Assembly (NCBI GenBank): GCA_963750165.1
Contig: CAVVPN010000012.1
Span: 800,001-864,000, forward strand
DNA: 64,000 nt
Direction of reading: 5' to 3'
DNA from: an uncultured Gemmataceae bacterium
GTDB taxonomy: Bacteria > Planctomycetota > Planctomycetia > Gemmatales > Gemmataceae
Positions 9,849 through 18,827 of the stretch are shown here, piece by piece. The first letter of the stretch is position 1, and each line of letters begins with the position of its first letter. The notes beneath the pieces are model-generated. The model saw nothing but the letters and a program-made list of their open reading frames with translations. It was not told the DNA's origin and made no database searches. Position numbers and translations under genes: made by a program.

Positions 9849-12557
9849 TCAGGTGGTACGGTCGGCGAACGCCTCGCCGGAGCCGAGGATGGCGGCCAGC
9901 ACGGACTGGTCGGTGTTCTTGCCCTGCAGCGACTGGACGAAGCCGGCCAGGCCGTCGGCGTCCGCCAGCCGGCCCAGCAAGCTCTGGTAGTCGTTTGACA
10001 CGAGGTCGGTCAGATACTCGGTCGAGCCGAACACGGCCGCGGCCACCTGCGTGCGCGTCTGGCTGCCCAGCGCTTGCTGCCAGGCGTTCAGTTCGTCCAT
10101 GCCTGGCGTGCGGTTCAGGGCGTCGGCGTACAGCGCGTCCAGGAAACCCTCGTTGTTGCCGCCGTGCAGCGCGAAGTACTCCTGCGAGCCGACCACGAAC
10201 GCTTCCACCTGCTCCACCGTGTAACTCCCCAGCAGGGTCACGAAATTCTTCTGCTCCTGGGAGTCGGCGGCGCGGTGCAGGAAGCGCTGGAAGACGGTCT
10301 GCACCTGGTCGCCGCGGTACTCGGGGCTGGCCTCGATGTCCTGGACGACGGTGATGGTAGAGCCGCCCTGGTTGAGGAACGTGACCCAGCCGGCGGAGCC
10401 CGGGTCGGTCACGCGGTTCAGCAGCACCTCGTAGACGTTCTCGACGAATACCTGGTTGGCACTGGCGTTGGCGGCGTACTGCGGCTCGTAGGCGCCGATG
10501 CTCGGGCTGGTGCGACCGCCGGCCGGGCGCGGGAAGCCGCGCGCGTCCGTGGCCGGGGCGCCCGCGGCGACGCCGGCGCCGATGGCGGTACTGCCGGGCA
10601 GCAGGGCCTCGGTCAGCAGCACCTGGCCGAAGCCGGTCAGGCCGACCGCCGGGCCGCCGTTGTCCTGCAGCGGGCCGAGCCTGGGGTCACCAGTCAGTGT
10701 GCCTGGGCCGAAGCCGGTGGCGTTGCCCAGGTTGCCGATGAAGTTGCCGCCGTGGTCGGTGGCCGTGCTGCTGAAGAGCCGGATGTCCGGGTTGGGTTGC
10801 CCGATGTTCCGGGCGATGAGGGTGTTCTGCAGAACCACGGTCGTGCCCATGCCGCCGGACACCGCCAGCCCGCCGCCGTCCGGGGCCGTGTTGCCGCTGA
10901 GCGTGTCATTGAGGAAGGAAACCAGAGCAGCGCCGTTCGCCGTGACCGCCCCGCCAACGTCATGCGCGACGTTGGCAGTGAACGTGTCGTTGGTCAGGGT
11001 CGCGCTGAGGGGGGAGGACGATTGGAAGAAAAACAGCGCGCCGCCGACGCCCATCGCAGTGTGGTTGTCATTGAACGTACTGCCGGCCACCGCCAGGTTC
11101 GGACCCGTGTACTCGACCGCGCCGCCGTTGGCGGTCGCCACGTTGCCGGTGAACTGGGAGGCCGACACGGTCAGGGTGCCGAGCGTTTGGTAAACGGCGC
11201 CGCCGTTGAAGTTCTGGTCGCTGACGGCGGTGTTGCCGAGGAAGAGGCAGTTGGCGACGCTCAAGGCCGTCACGCCGCTCTGGGCGTCCACACCGCCGCC
11301 GCCGCCCATGACGCCACCGCCGGCGCCCACGGCGCGGTTGTTGTCCACCTCGCAGGCCGTCAGGGTCAGCGTGGCGGCCTGGTCCTCGACGCCGCCGCCG
11401 TTGGGCGCGGTGTTCTCGGTAAAGCGGGTGTCGGTGACGGTCGCCGTGCCGCCCGTCAGGTCCAGGCCGCCGCCGAGGCCGCCCGCCGTGTTGTCCGCGA
11501 ACAGACAGCCGCTGATGATCGTCGTCGTGCCGGCGCCGCCGGCCTGGACGCCGCCGCCGTTCGTCAGCGCTGTGTTGTTGATGAACTGGCTGTTGAGGAT
11601 GGTCACGTTGGCCATCATGTCCTCGTCGCCGAAACCGCCACCCGTCGTGCCGGAGTAGTTGTCGCGCACCGTCGTGCTGGTGATCGTCACGGCGCCGTTG
11701 CCGGCCACGCCCAGCGCTCCGGTGGCGCCGTTGAAGGCGTGGTTGTCGTTGACCAGCGAGTTGCTGAGCATCAGCGTGGCGCTGACGTTGTCGATGACAT
11801 CCAGCCAGGCGGCGGCCCCCTGATTAACGCAGACGTTGCCGGTCAGTTCGCTGTTGGTGATGACGACGTGGCCCTGGCCGATGGTGTCGATGCCGCCGCC
11901 CGCGTCGCCGGCGCGGTTGTCGGCGATGATGCTGCCGTTGAGCGTCAGCGTCCAGGGCGTGTTGACCGTGTTCTGCATGAGGATGCCGCCGCCGGCCCCC
12001 GAGGCGACGTTGTTGAGCACGGCGCAGCTGTCCAGCTCCAGGCTGGCGTTGCCGGTGTCCTGGATGGCGCCGCCACCGACGATGTTGCCGCCCTGGGCGC
12101 CGGCGATGCCGTGCTGCAGCACCAGCCCCTGCAACGTCACCTTGAACGCGGGGGTGTTGGCCGGGTGGTTGGGGTCGAAGGTCGGGTTGATGTCGAAGAT
12201 GCGGTCGAGGTTGCCGCCGTCCACGGTGGCGCTGCCGTGGCTGGTGTTGGCGATGGTCAGGTTACCGCCGCCGGCCAGGATGTCGAAGTCGCCGGTCTTG
12301 TTGGCGTCCTCGTTGGCGCCGGCCAGGGTGATCTTGTAGGTGCCGGGGACGGTCAGGTTGATGGTGTTGCCGCCGGGCGTGGCGTTGGCCTGCTCGATGG
12401 CGGAGCGCAGGGTGACGGTGCCGGCGGGCGGGCTGAGGAGGTCGGCGGTGCTGTTGACGTTGAAGACGGCGGGCACGGCGCGGGCTTCCAGCGCCTCCAG
12501 CGTCAGCGTGGTCCGGCGCGGTTTCCGGGTGGTACGGTTGCGGAAGAGACGGAACAT
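9849..12557 (-). CDS. Planctomycete surface protein, beta-helix/DUF4214-like (copy 3)
   Basis: Start at 12557 (MFRLFRNRTT) by homology to copies 1 and 2; same architecture. Confidence 0.85.
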   Translation of the reverse strand: MFRLFRNRTTRKPRRTTLTLEALEARAVPAVFNVNSTADLLSPPAGTVTLRSAIEQANATPGGNTINLTVPGTYKITLAGANEDANKTGDFDILAGGGNLTIANTSHGSATVDGGNLDRIFDINPTFDPNHPANTPAFKVTLQGLVLQHGIAGAQGGNIVGGGAIQDTGNASLELDSCAVLNNVASGAGGGILMQNTVNTPWTLTLNGSIIADNRAGDAGGGIDTIGQGHVVITNSELTGNVCVNQGAAAWLDVIDNVSATLMLSNSLVNDNHAFNGATGALGVAGNGAVTITSTTVRDNYSGTTGGGFGDEDMMANVTILNSQFINNTALTNGGGVQAGGAGTTTIISGCLFADNTAGGLGGGLDLTGGTATVTDTRFTENTAPNGGGVEDQAATLTLTACEVDNNRAVGAGGGVMGGGGGVDAQSGVTALSVANCLFLGNTAVSDQNFNGGAVYQTLGTLTVSASQFTGNVATANGGAVEYTGPNLAVAGSTFNDNHTAMGVGGALFFFQSSSPLSATLTNDTFTANVAHDVGGAVTANGAALVSFLNDTLSGNTAPDGGGLAVSGGMGTTVVLQNTLIARNIGQPNPDIRLFSSTATDHGGNFIGNLGNATGFGPGTLTGDPRLGPLQDNGGPAVGLTGFGQVLLTEALLPGSTAIGAGVAAGAPATDARGFPRPAGGRTSPSIGAYEPQYAANASANQVFVENVYEVLLNRVTDPGSAGWVTFLNQGGSTITVVQDIEASPEYRGDQVQTVFQRFLHRAADSQEQKNFVTLLGSYTVEQVEAFVVGSQEYFALHGGNNEGFLDALYADALNRTPGMDELNAWQQALGSQTRTQVAAAVFGSTEYLTDLVSNDYQSLLGRLADADGLAGFVQSLQGKNTDQSVLAAILGSGEAFADRTT

Positions 12558-12622
12558 GGGTGGAACTTCTTGGAAAAAAGGGTCGGTTCGGGTTCGGTTG
12601 TAAGGTCGAAGGACGGAGCACA

Positions 12623-13072
12623 TCAGGGACAGCGGAGTTTGCAGAGGGAGAGACGGTTGCCGCGGCCGTGGAAGCGCAGCCAGTTCGTGTATTGCCGCAT
12701 CAGCAACAGGCCGCGGCCGCTGGGTTTTTCGAGGTTCTCCGGGGCGGTCGGGTCAGGGACGCGAGCCGGGTCGAATCCCCGTCCCTCGTCCTCGACCTCC
12801 GCCAGCAGGGTGTCGGGGTCGATCCAGTAGCAGACCCGGACGCGCTTCGCGGGGTCGCCCTGGTTGCCGTGTTGCAGGCCGTTCACGATGGCCTCGCCGA
12901 GGACCATCCGGGCCCCCAGGCAGTCGGTGGGGGAGTAGCCCATCCCGGTCAGTTCGGCCACCACTTCGTCCAGGAGCGGCGTCAGTTCCTCGATCCGGCG
13001 CAGGCACACCTCTCGGAAGATGCCCTCCTCAGTTTTGCCCGGGACCGGCGCGCCCATCGCGGAGGTGTTCAT
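12623..13072 (-). CDS. RsbW-like anti-sigma factor / Ser-Thr kinase (HATPase_c_2)
   Basis: EAIVNGLQHGN, VEDEGRGFDP, PDPTAPENLEKPSGRGLLLMR motifs. Confidence 0.88.
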   Translation of the reverse strand: MNTSAMGAPVPGKTEEGIFREVCLRRIEELTPLLDEVVAELTGMGYSPTDCLGARMVLGEAIVNGLQHGNQGDPAKRVRVCYWIDPDTLLAEVEDEGRGFDPARVPDPTAPENLEKPSGRGLLLMRQYTNWLRFHGRGNRLSLCKLRCP

Positions 13073-13087
13073 CGGCGGGCTCCTTTG

Positions 13088-13537
13088 TCATTTGGAGACG
13101 AGGTTGAAGTCCTGTACGTTCTGGCCGGGCGTGACGACGACCGTGAGCCCGGAGGCGTCCCAGTCCGCGTAGCGCTGCGGGATCAGTGAGACATTGCCGA
13201 CGGGCCCGGGGACAGCGGTTCGGCTGTGGCGGCTCGCCGACCTGCTGACGGCTCGGCTCAATCGGGCCTCATCGACGCAGCGGACGATGACCTTCGCCGG
13301 CCCGGCCGGCAGTCGGACGCTGAACGTTCCGTCCGGCTGAATCTGGGCGGCGTAAGGGATGCCGTCCGCACCGAGGAACTGGACGGTCCCGAACGCCAAC
13401 GGTTTGCCCTGGTAGCGGACGGTGCCGCTGACTTCTCCCTGGCTGGTGCCGCAGCCGACGGCCAGTCCGCCCAGCAGCAGGGCCAGCAGCGCGGCCCGAG
13501 TCGGCCGCGGCGAGAGCAACGAACGCAAACGGTTCAT
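13088..13537 (-). CDS. Small lipoprotein of the type that accompanies DUF1559 genes
   Basis: Lipobox LAVGC; VSGTVRYQGKPLAFGTVQF; IPQRY…SGLTVVV. Confidence 0.8.
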   Translation of the reverse strand: MNRLRSLLSPRPTRAALLALLLGGLAVGCGTSQGEVSGTVRYQGKPLAFGTVQFLGADGIPYAAQIQPDGTFSVRLPAGPAKVIVRCVDEARLSRAVSRSASRHSRTAVPGPVGNVSLIPQRYADWDASGLTVVVTPGQNVQDFNLVSK

Positions 13538-13563
13538 GGCAGTGCCTCGGTGTCAAGGGGTTG

Positions 13564-14463
13564 TCAATACTGGGTGAGGTCCACGACCTCGCCGCCGTTG
13601 CGTGAGGCCAGGGGGATGGTCAGGGCGCTGGCGGCGTAGGGCAGGAAACGCACCGAGCCGTCGGCCAGCAGCCAGTTGGCGCCGCCGGTGTGGAAGCTCC
13701 AGAAGTGGTTGCTGTCGCCGTCACAGGGCCCGCCGAGACTGCCCGGCCCGAACAGTCCCGGCAGCACGCAGCCGCCACTGTTGAAGGGGTCGCCGTACTG
13801 CTGGTTGGTCGAGAGCAGGCAGTCGTAGTCGCTCGCCCCCCACCAGCCGAGGAAGAGGTCGGCGGCCGGCGGCCGTTCGCCGACCATCACGGTGTTGCTG
13901 GTGCCGTCCGTGATTTCCTGCAAACGGATGCCGAGCGAGGAGACGTTGAAGACGCCGTTGGACGGCCCGTTGAGTTGGGCGGCGGCGGTGGCGTCCGAGC
14001 CGATGACGCCGACATAACTGGTCATGGCGCCATTGCCGCTGGGGACGCTGAGCAGGTCGCGGGGGTCGGACGGGCAGAGGTAAGTCTGAACGGGCAGGTT
14101 GTACGTGACGAAGAAGCCGACGTACCAGGGATCGGTGTACATGTTGCCGGCCAGGGTGTCCTGTTCGATGTAGGGCAGGATTTCGCACATCCAGCCGCGG
14201 TACTCCGTGAAGAGCGGCGTGGGAACGTGATTGCCGCGCGGCGGCGGCAGGTGCTTGTACACGTCGTGGTAGCCGTGCAGGGTCAGGCCGACCTGCTTGA
14301 GGTTGTTGGCGCACTGAGAGCGGGCTGCGGCCTCGCGCACCTTCTGCACCGCCGGCAGCAGCAGACCGACGAGGATGGCGATGATCGCAATCACCACCAG
14401 AAGTTCGATCAGCGTGAAGCCCTGGCGGGGCACGCGCGCAGGGCGGACGCAGGACGGCGGCAT
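13564..14463 (-). CDS. DUF1559 prepilin-type N-terminal cleavage/methylation protein
   Basis: GFTLIELLVVIAIIAILVGLLLPAVQKVREAAARSQCANNLKQ; ITDGTSNT; H-x9-DG motif (HTGGANWLLADGSV); AGGAG upstream. Confidence 0.93.
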   Translation of the reverse strand: MPPSCVRPARVPRQGFTLIELLVVIAIIAILVGLLLPAVQKVREAAARSQCANNLKQVGLTLHGYHDVYKHLPPPRGNHVPTPLFTEYRGWMCEILPYIEQDTLAGNMYTDPWYVGFFVTYNLPVQTYLCPSDPRDLLSVPSGNGAMTSYVGVIGSDATAAAQLNGPSNGVFNVSSLGIRLQEITDGTSNTVMVGERPPAADLFLGWWGASDYDCLLSTNQQYGDPFNSGGCVLPGLFGPGSLGGPCDGDSNHFWSFHTGGANWLLADGSVRFLPYAASALTIPLASRNGGEVVDLTQY

Positions 14464-14559
14464 GAAGCAACTCCTTGAGCAATGGCGGGAATTCAGGTAA
14501 ACGAGCACCTGGGGGGCTGGCCTCGGACGAATACCGTTCCGGGAAACAGCAATCCCTTA

Positions 14560-14576
14560 TGCAGCGCTCGTGCCAA
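14560..14576 (-). promoter_or_regulatory. Sigma-54 (-24/-12) promoter for the DUF1559 unit
   Basis: Minus strand TTGGCACGAGCGCTGCA, with GG-N10-GC spacing, ~100 bp upstream of the 14463 start. Confidence 0.65.
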
Positions 14577-14739
14577 GAATGTGCTTGCCGGCGATATGGC
14601 CCACCGCGCTCGGGATTTCAGGGGGATTGCGGCTTTTTTCTCGGAAGGATGGCCGATGTCCGTGACCGGGACTTGAGAGGCGCTGTTGGACTGGCACAAA
14701 CCCTGGGCCGGTGGTCAGAAATCGGACCAGGGGGAACGG

Positions 14740-17700
14740 TCAGGAATGCGCCTGGCCCGACCGGGACTGCAATTCCTCCACGGACAGGCCGGTCAGCAGC
14801 GGGGCCAGATCCCGAATCATGGCCGCGAGGGTGGCCAGCTGTTCGGCCATGCCGTCGAGCCGTCCCGCGGCCGCCGCCTGCTCCAGATGCAGAGCAATCG
14901 CAGCGGCGTCGCTGGAAAACGCCGACACCAGGCCGCGCAACTTGTGGGCCGACTCCCGCACCGCCGCCGCGTCCCGGCTGCGCACGGCCGCCGCGACGGT
15001 GGCCAGCTGAGCGGGGGCGCCGGCCTGAAACACCGCGATCATCCGGGCCAGCAGTGTGGCGTCGCCGTCGCAGGCCGTCAGCAGTGTGGCCGTGTCGAGC
15101 AGGCCATCGCTGGGCAGCGCCTCCGTCGGCACGGTCTCGGCGACCGCTCGACCGACCAGCACGCGCTCGATGGTGTCGAACAGTTCCTGGCGGCGGATGG
15201 GCTTGGCCAGGAACTCGTCCATGCCCGCTTGCAGGCAACGCTCGCGGTCCCCCCTCATGGACCGGGCGGTCAGCGCGACCACGGGTAGGTGCCGGCCGGT
15301 TGTCCGTTCACCGCGGCGCACGGCCTCGATGACGCGGAAGCCGTCGAGTTCCGGCATATGCACGTCCAGCAGCAGCAGGTCGAAGCGGTCGCGCTCCAGG
15401 GCGTCCAGGGCTTCCCGGCCATCCCGGGCCACCTGAACGGTGTGGCCCTGCCGCGCGAGGAAGTGCTGCACAACCTGCTGGTTGAGGTCGTTGTCCTCGG
15501 CGAGCAGCACCCGCAGCGGCCGGGAGGGTGAGGGGGTGAAGGGGTGAGGGGGTGAGGGGGTGACCGAGGACGGCTCGACGTTTCCGGTTGCCCCGTCGCC
15601 TGCCGGCCGGGACAGCACGCGCTGAATGGTGTCGAGCAGTTCTTCCTGCTGGATCGGCTTCATCGCCGCCGCGGCGATGCCGAGTTCGCGCTGCCGGGCG
15701 AGGTTGCCCGGCTGATCCTCGGAGGTCAGCAGGATGATGCGGCAGCCGGCCAGTTCGGGGCTTTGCGAGATTTCCGCCGCCAGGGCCGGGCCGTCGATTC
15801 CGGGCATACGGCTGTCCAGGAGCACCACGGCGTAGGGCCGGCCCAGGGCGACGCCGCGCCACAGACTGTTCAGGGCGGTCAGGCCGTCGGCGACGGCGGT
15901 TGGCTCCGCCCGCCAGCCGCGTAGCCATTCCTGGAGGATCAACCGGTTGGTCGCGTTGTCATCGACGATGAGGACGCGCAGGCCGCGGATTTCGACGGGC
16001 GGTGGACTCGGGGCGGCGTCGGTCGTGGACTGCACACCGAAGCGAGCGGTGAAGCGGAAAGTGCTGCCGCGGTGCGGCGCGCTCTCGACCGTGATCTGAC
16101 CATCCATCAGTGCCACCAGGCGCGAGGCGATGGACAGCCCGAGGCCGGTGCCGCCGTAGCGGCGCGTGGTGGAATTGTCCCCCTGTTCAAACGCCTGAAA
16201 AATCTTCGCCTGCTTGTCCGCAGGAATGCCGATGCCGGTGTCCCGCACTGAAAAACAGAGGGAAACCACGGAACACACGGAAAACACGGAAGAAGACAGG
16301 GCAGACTGCTCCTGGACCTTTTCCGTGTCTTTTTCCGTGTATTCCGTGTGTTCCGTGGTTTCTGTCCGCACCTCGACGACCACTTCCCCTTCCTCGGTGA
16401 ACTTGATCGCGTTGCCGACGAGGTTCAGCAGCACTTGCCGCAGCCGGCCGGCGTCGCCGAGCAGGGCGTCGGGCACGTCGGCGTCGAGATGGCACACCAG
16501 TTCCAGCGCTTTCTTGTGGCGCGCAGGGCCAGGGCGCGTAAGGTCTCGTTCAACACCTTGCGCAGCGAAAAAGCGGCGTGATCCAGCTCGAACTTGCCGG
16601 CCTCGATCTTGGAGAAGTCGAGCAGGTCGTTGATGACGTTCAGCAGAGCGTTCGCCGAGGTGTTGACGATGGTGAGGTAGTTGCGCTGCTCGTCGCTCAG
16701 GCGCGTGTCGAGAGCCAGGTCGGTCATGCCGAGGATGGCGTTCATGGGCGTGCGGATTTCATGGCTGACGTTGGCCAAAAATTCGCTCTTGGCCCGGCTG
16801 GCCGCCTCCGCCGCCTCCTTCGCCTGCCGCAGTTCCTCCTCGATCCGCTTGAGATCGGTGATGTCGATGCGCGTGCCGGCGAAGCGGACGGGCTTGCCGC
16901 TGGCGTCGCGCACCGCGATCCCGCGCGACAGGATCCAGCGGTATGACCCGTCCCGGTGCCGCGCCCGGAATTCCACGCAATACTCCGGCGTCTCGCCGTC
17001 GAAGTACGCCCGCAGCGCCTCATGGATTTTCTCTACGTCGTCGGGGTGGTACGGCACCGCAACCGCGTCATACGTCGTCGCGGACTCCGGCGGGTAGCCG
17101 AGCTGCTCCATGATGTTGATGCAGTGGACCTTGCCGTGGTGATAATCGCCGTCCGGAAAGTCGTTCTCCCACAGGCCGACGTTCGAGCCGCGCACCGCCA
17201 GGTCCAGCCGGGCGTTCGCCTGCCGCAGCGCCTCCTCCGACTGTTTGCGCTCCGTGATGTCGATGTTCAGGCCGTCCAGGTAACGGAAGGTGCCGTCTTC
17301 CGCGAAGATGCCGCGGCCGCGAGCCAGGATCCACTTGACGTTGCCCGCCCGGTCGAAGATGCGGTGCTCGTTCTCGTAAGGTTCGCGGCGCGCCAGCGCC
17401 TCGGCAACGTTGCGGGCGCAGCGCTCGGCGTCGTCGGGGTGCAGCATGTCGCCGTAGTACACGCGGCCGGCGGCGAGGTCGTCGGCGTCAATGCCGCCAA
17501 TGGGCCGGAAGTTGCCGCGGGCGAACAAAACGGACCAGTTGCGATCCACCAGGCAGCGGTACGCGAGCCCCGGCAGCTGGCTCAGCACGGAATTCATCAG
17601 CCGCTCGTTCTCGCGCAGGGCGTCCTCGGTACGGCGGCGGTCGGTCACGTCGATGCCGACGCCCCACACCGGCAGCCCCGGGATGCGCACGTCGGCGGAG

Positions 17701-18011
17701 AAGTTCGACCAGGAACAGACGCGCGTGCTGCCGTCCGCGGCGGTCGGTGTCGTTTCCAGATCACGGTAGCGGTGGCCGGCGACCTGCGCCACAACCCAGG
17801 CCCGGTAAGCGGCGTCCGGGTACATGCGCTCGTACAGGTCCAGGCGCGTCCGCCCCAGGATTTCCGCCTTGGGGTAGCCCAGCACGCGCTCGCACTCGCG
17901 GTTCCACAGGCAGAAGCGGTTGTCCGCGTCCAGGCCGTAGATCATGACCGGCAGATGGTCCAGCAGGACGACGAGCCCCGTGGGTTCCAGGTCGGGGAAT
18001 GGTGTGTTCAT
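14740..18011 (-). CDS. Hybrid sensor histidine kinase (3 PAS, HisKA, HATPase, 2 REC, HPt); frameshift near 16510
   Basis: [15 protein letters not shown]-box in ORF 16425..18011; [22 protein letters not shown], two receiver domains and AHKLRG in ORF 14740..16497; the halves join with a 1-base shift. Confidence 0.88.
15526..15563. repeat. 8-bp tandem repeat (GGGGTGAG-like, ~5 units) inside the kinase 1 inter-REC linker
   Basis: GGGTGAGGGGGTGAAGGGGTGAGGGGGTGAGGGGGTGA; reads [13 protein letters not shown] in the kinase. Confidence 0.8.
16262..16362. repeat. Palindromic element with 9-bp periodicity inside the kinase 1 HATPase domain
   Basis: GAAACCACGGAACACACGGAA (16262-16282) and perfect inverted TTCCGTGTGTTCCGTGGTTTC (16342-16362); encodes [10 protein letters not shown]…[10 protein letters not shown]. 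Confidence 0.85.
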
Positions 18012-18129
18012 CGTTGCTCGGTGCTCAAAAACGCGACAAGCTCCGCCACGGCCGCACGTCTCGGGGGCAGGCTACGCACGAGGCCGTCTCCAGCAGCAAA
18101 CCCGGTGCCGTCTCGTCCTTATCCTAACA

Positions 18130-18188
18130 AGGGCGCCCAATCTCGACGTGTGCAAAAGTTGGCGTTCTTGGCGTCCTTGGCGTCCTTG
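18130..18188. repeat. Dispersed intergenic element, copy A
   Basis: AGGGCGCC-n-AATCTCGACGTGTG-n-AAAAG followed by three TTGGCGTYC units; recurs near 20318, 54147 and 54257. Confidence 0.85.
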
Positions 18189-18252
18189 ATCTGACAACCG
18201 GCGCCAGTTACAGGTGCAGCCTGGGGAGTTGAATTCCCGGCGGCCTGGTGGG

Positions 18253-18693
18253 TCAGGGGGAGGGAGAAGAGGCTTTCGCAGTTTCGGCAGCTACGAACTG
18301 CTCGTGGACCGCCGTATAGAAGGCGATGATGGCCATCCAGTCGGGCGGCCCGGTTGCAGAAATGCTGTTCAGAAAGGCTCGGTTGTTCTCGGCCTTCTCT
18401 TGGTGCTGCTTGGGTTTTGGCATAGATCTGGACAGAATGTACTCGTCGAAAAAGTTTTTCACCCAGGCGTCAGCGTCGCACGCTTGCCGGAGGGCCTCAA
18501 TGGCTGGCCTGGCATCGATCCAGAACTGGTCATCATCCCGTGGGGTGACAAAACCCTTGCCGTCGTCAAAGCGAAGGTACACGGGGCCTTTTTGTTGCGT
18601 CCGCGTCGGCATGTCGGCTGTCGCCCTGGTTGTTGTTTGCAAACTGCTTGCCATTCTCTCAACCGAGATAGGGGGAATTTGCAAGCTTGTCAA
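18253..18693 (-). pseudogene. Probable fused remnant containing the N-terminus of a HEPN-like toxin
   Basis: From 18423 reads MPKPKQHQEKAENNRAFLNSI…DWMAIIAFYTAVH, resembling HEPN N-termini, then diverges with no RxxxxY/H motif; visibly lower GC. Confidence 0.45.
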
Positions 18694-18827
18694 GATAAAA
18701 AGCAGCTCCGCTTGAGTTGTTGAGTTGCGGATCGTCCATAGACTTTCTCAAAGGAGAACTCCCTGTCACGCGCCCCGTTGGGGCATCCGGGACCAATGAT
18801 CGCCGCGCGGCCAACCAGAGGGACACC

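Noticed and set aside
4017..12557. Diversity-generating retroelement (TR/VR repeats)
   Set aside because: The repeats are whole paralogous genes, no adenine-restricted variation was evident, and no reverse transcriptase is in the window.
7202..12830. Very long plus-strand ORFs (7202..10354, 10074..12830)
   Set aside because: Antisense shadows of the high-GC surface-protein genes with no recognisable motifs.
16490..16530. Programmed frameshift splitting kinase 1
   Set aside because: No slippery sequence seen, the paralog is continuous at this point, and similar indels are scattered across the window.
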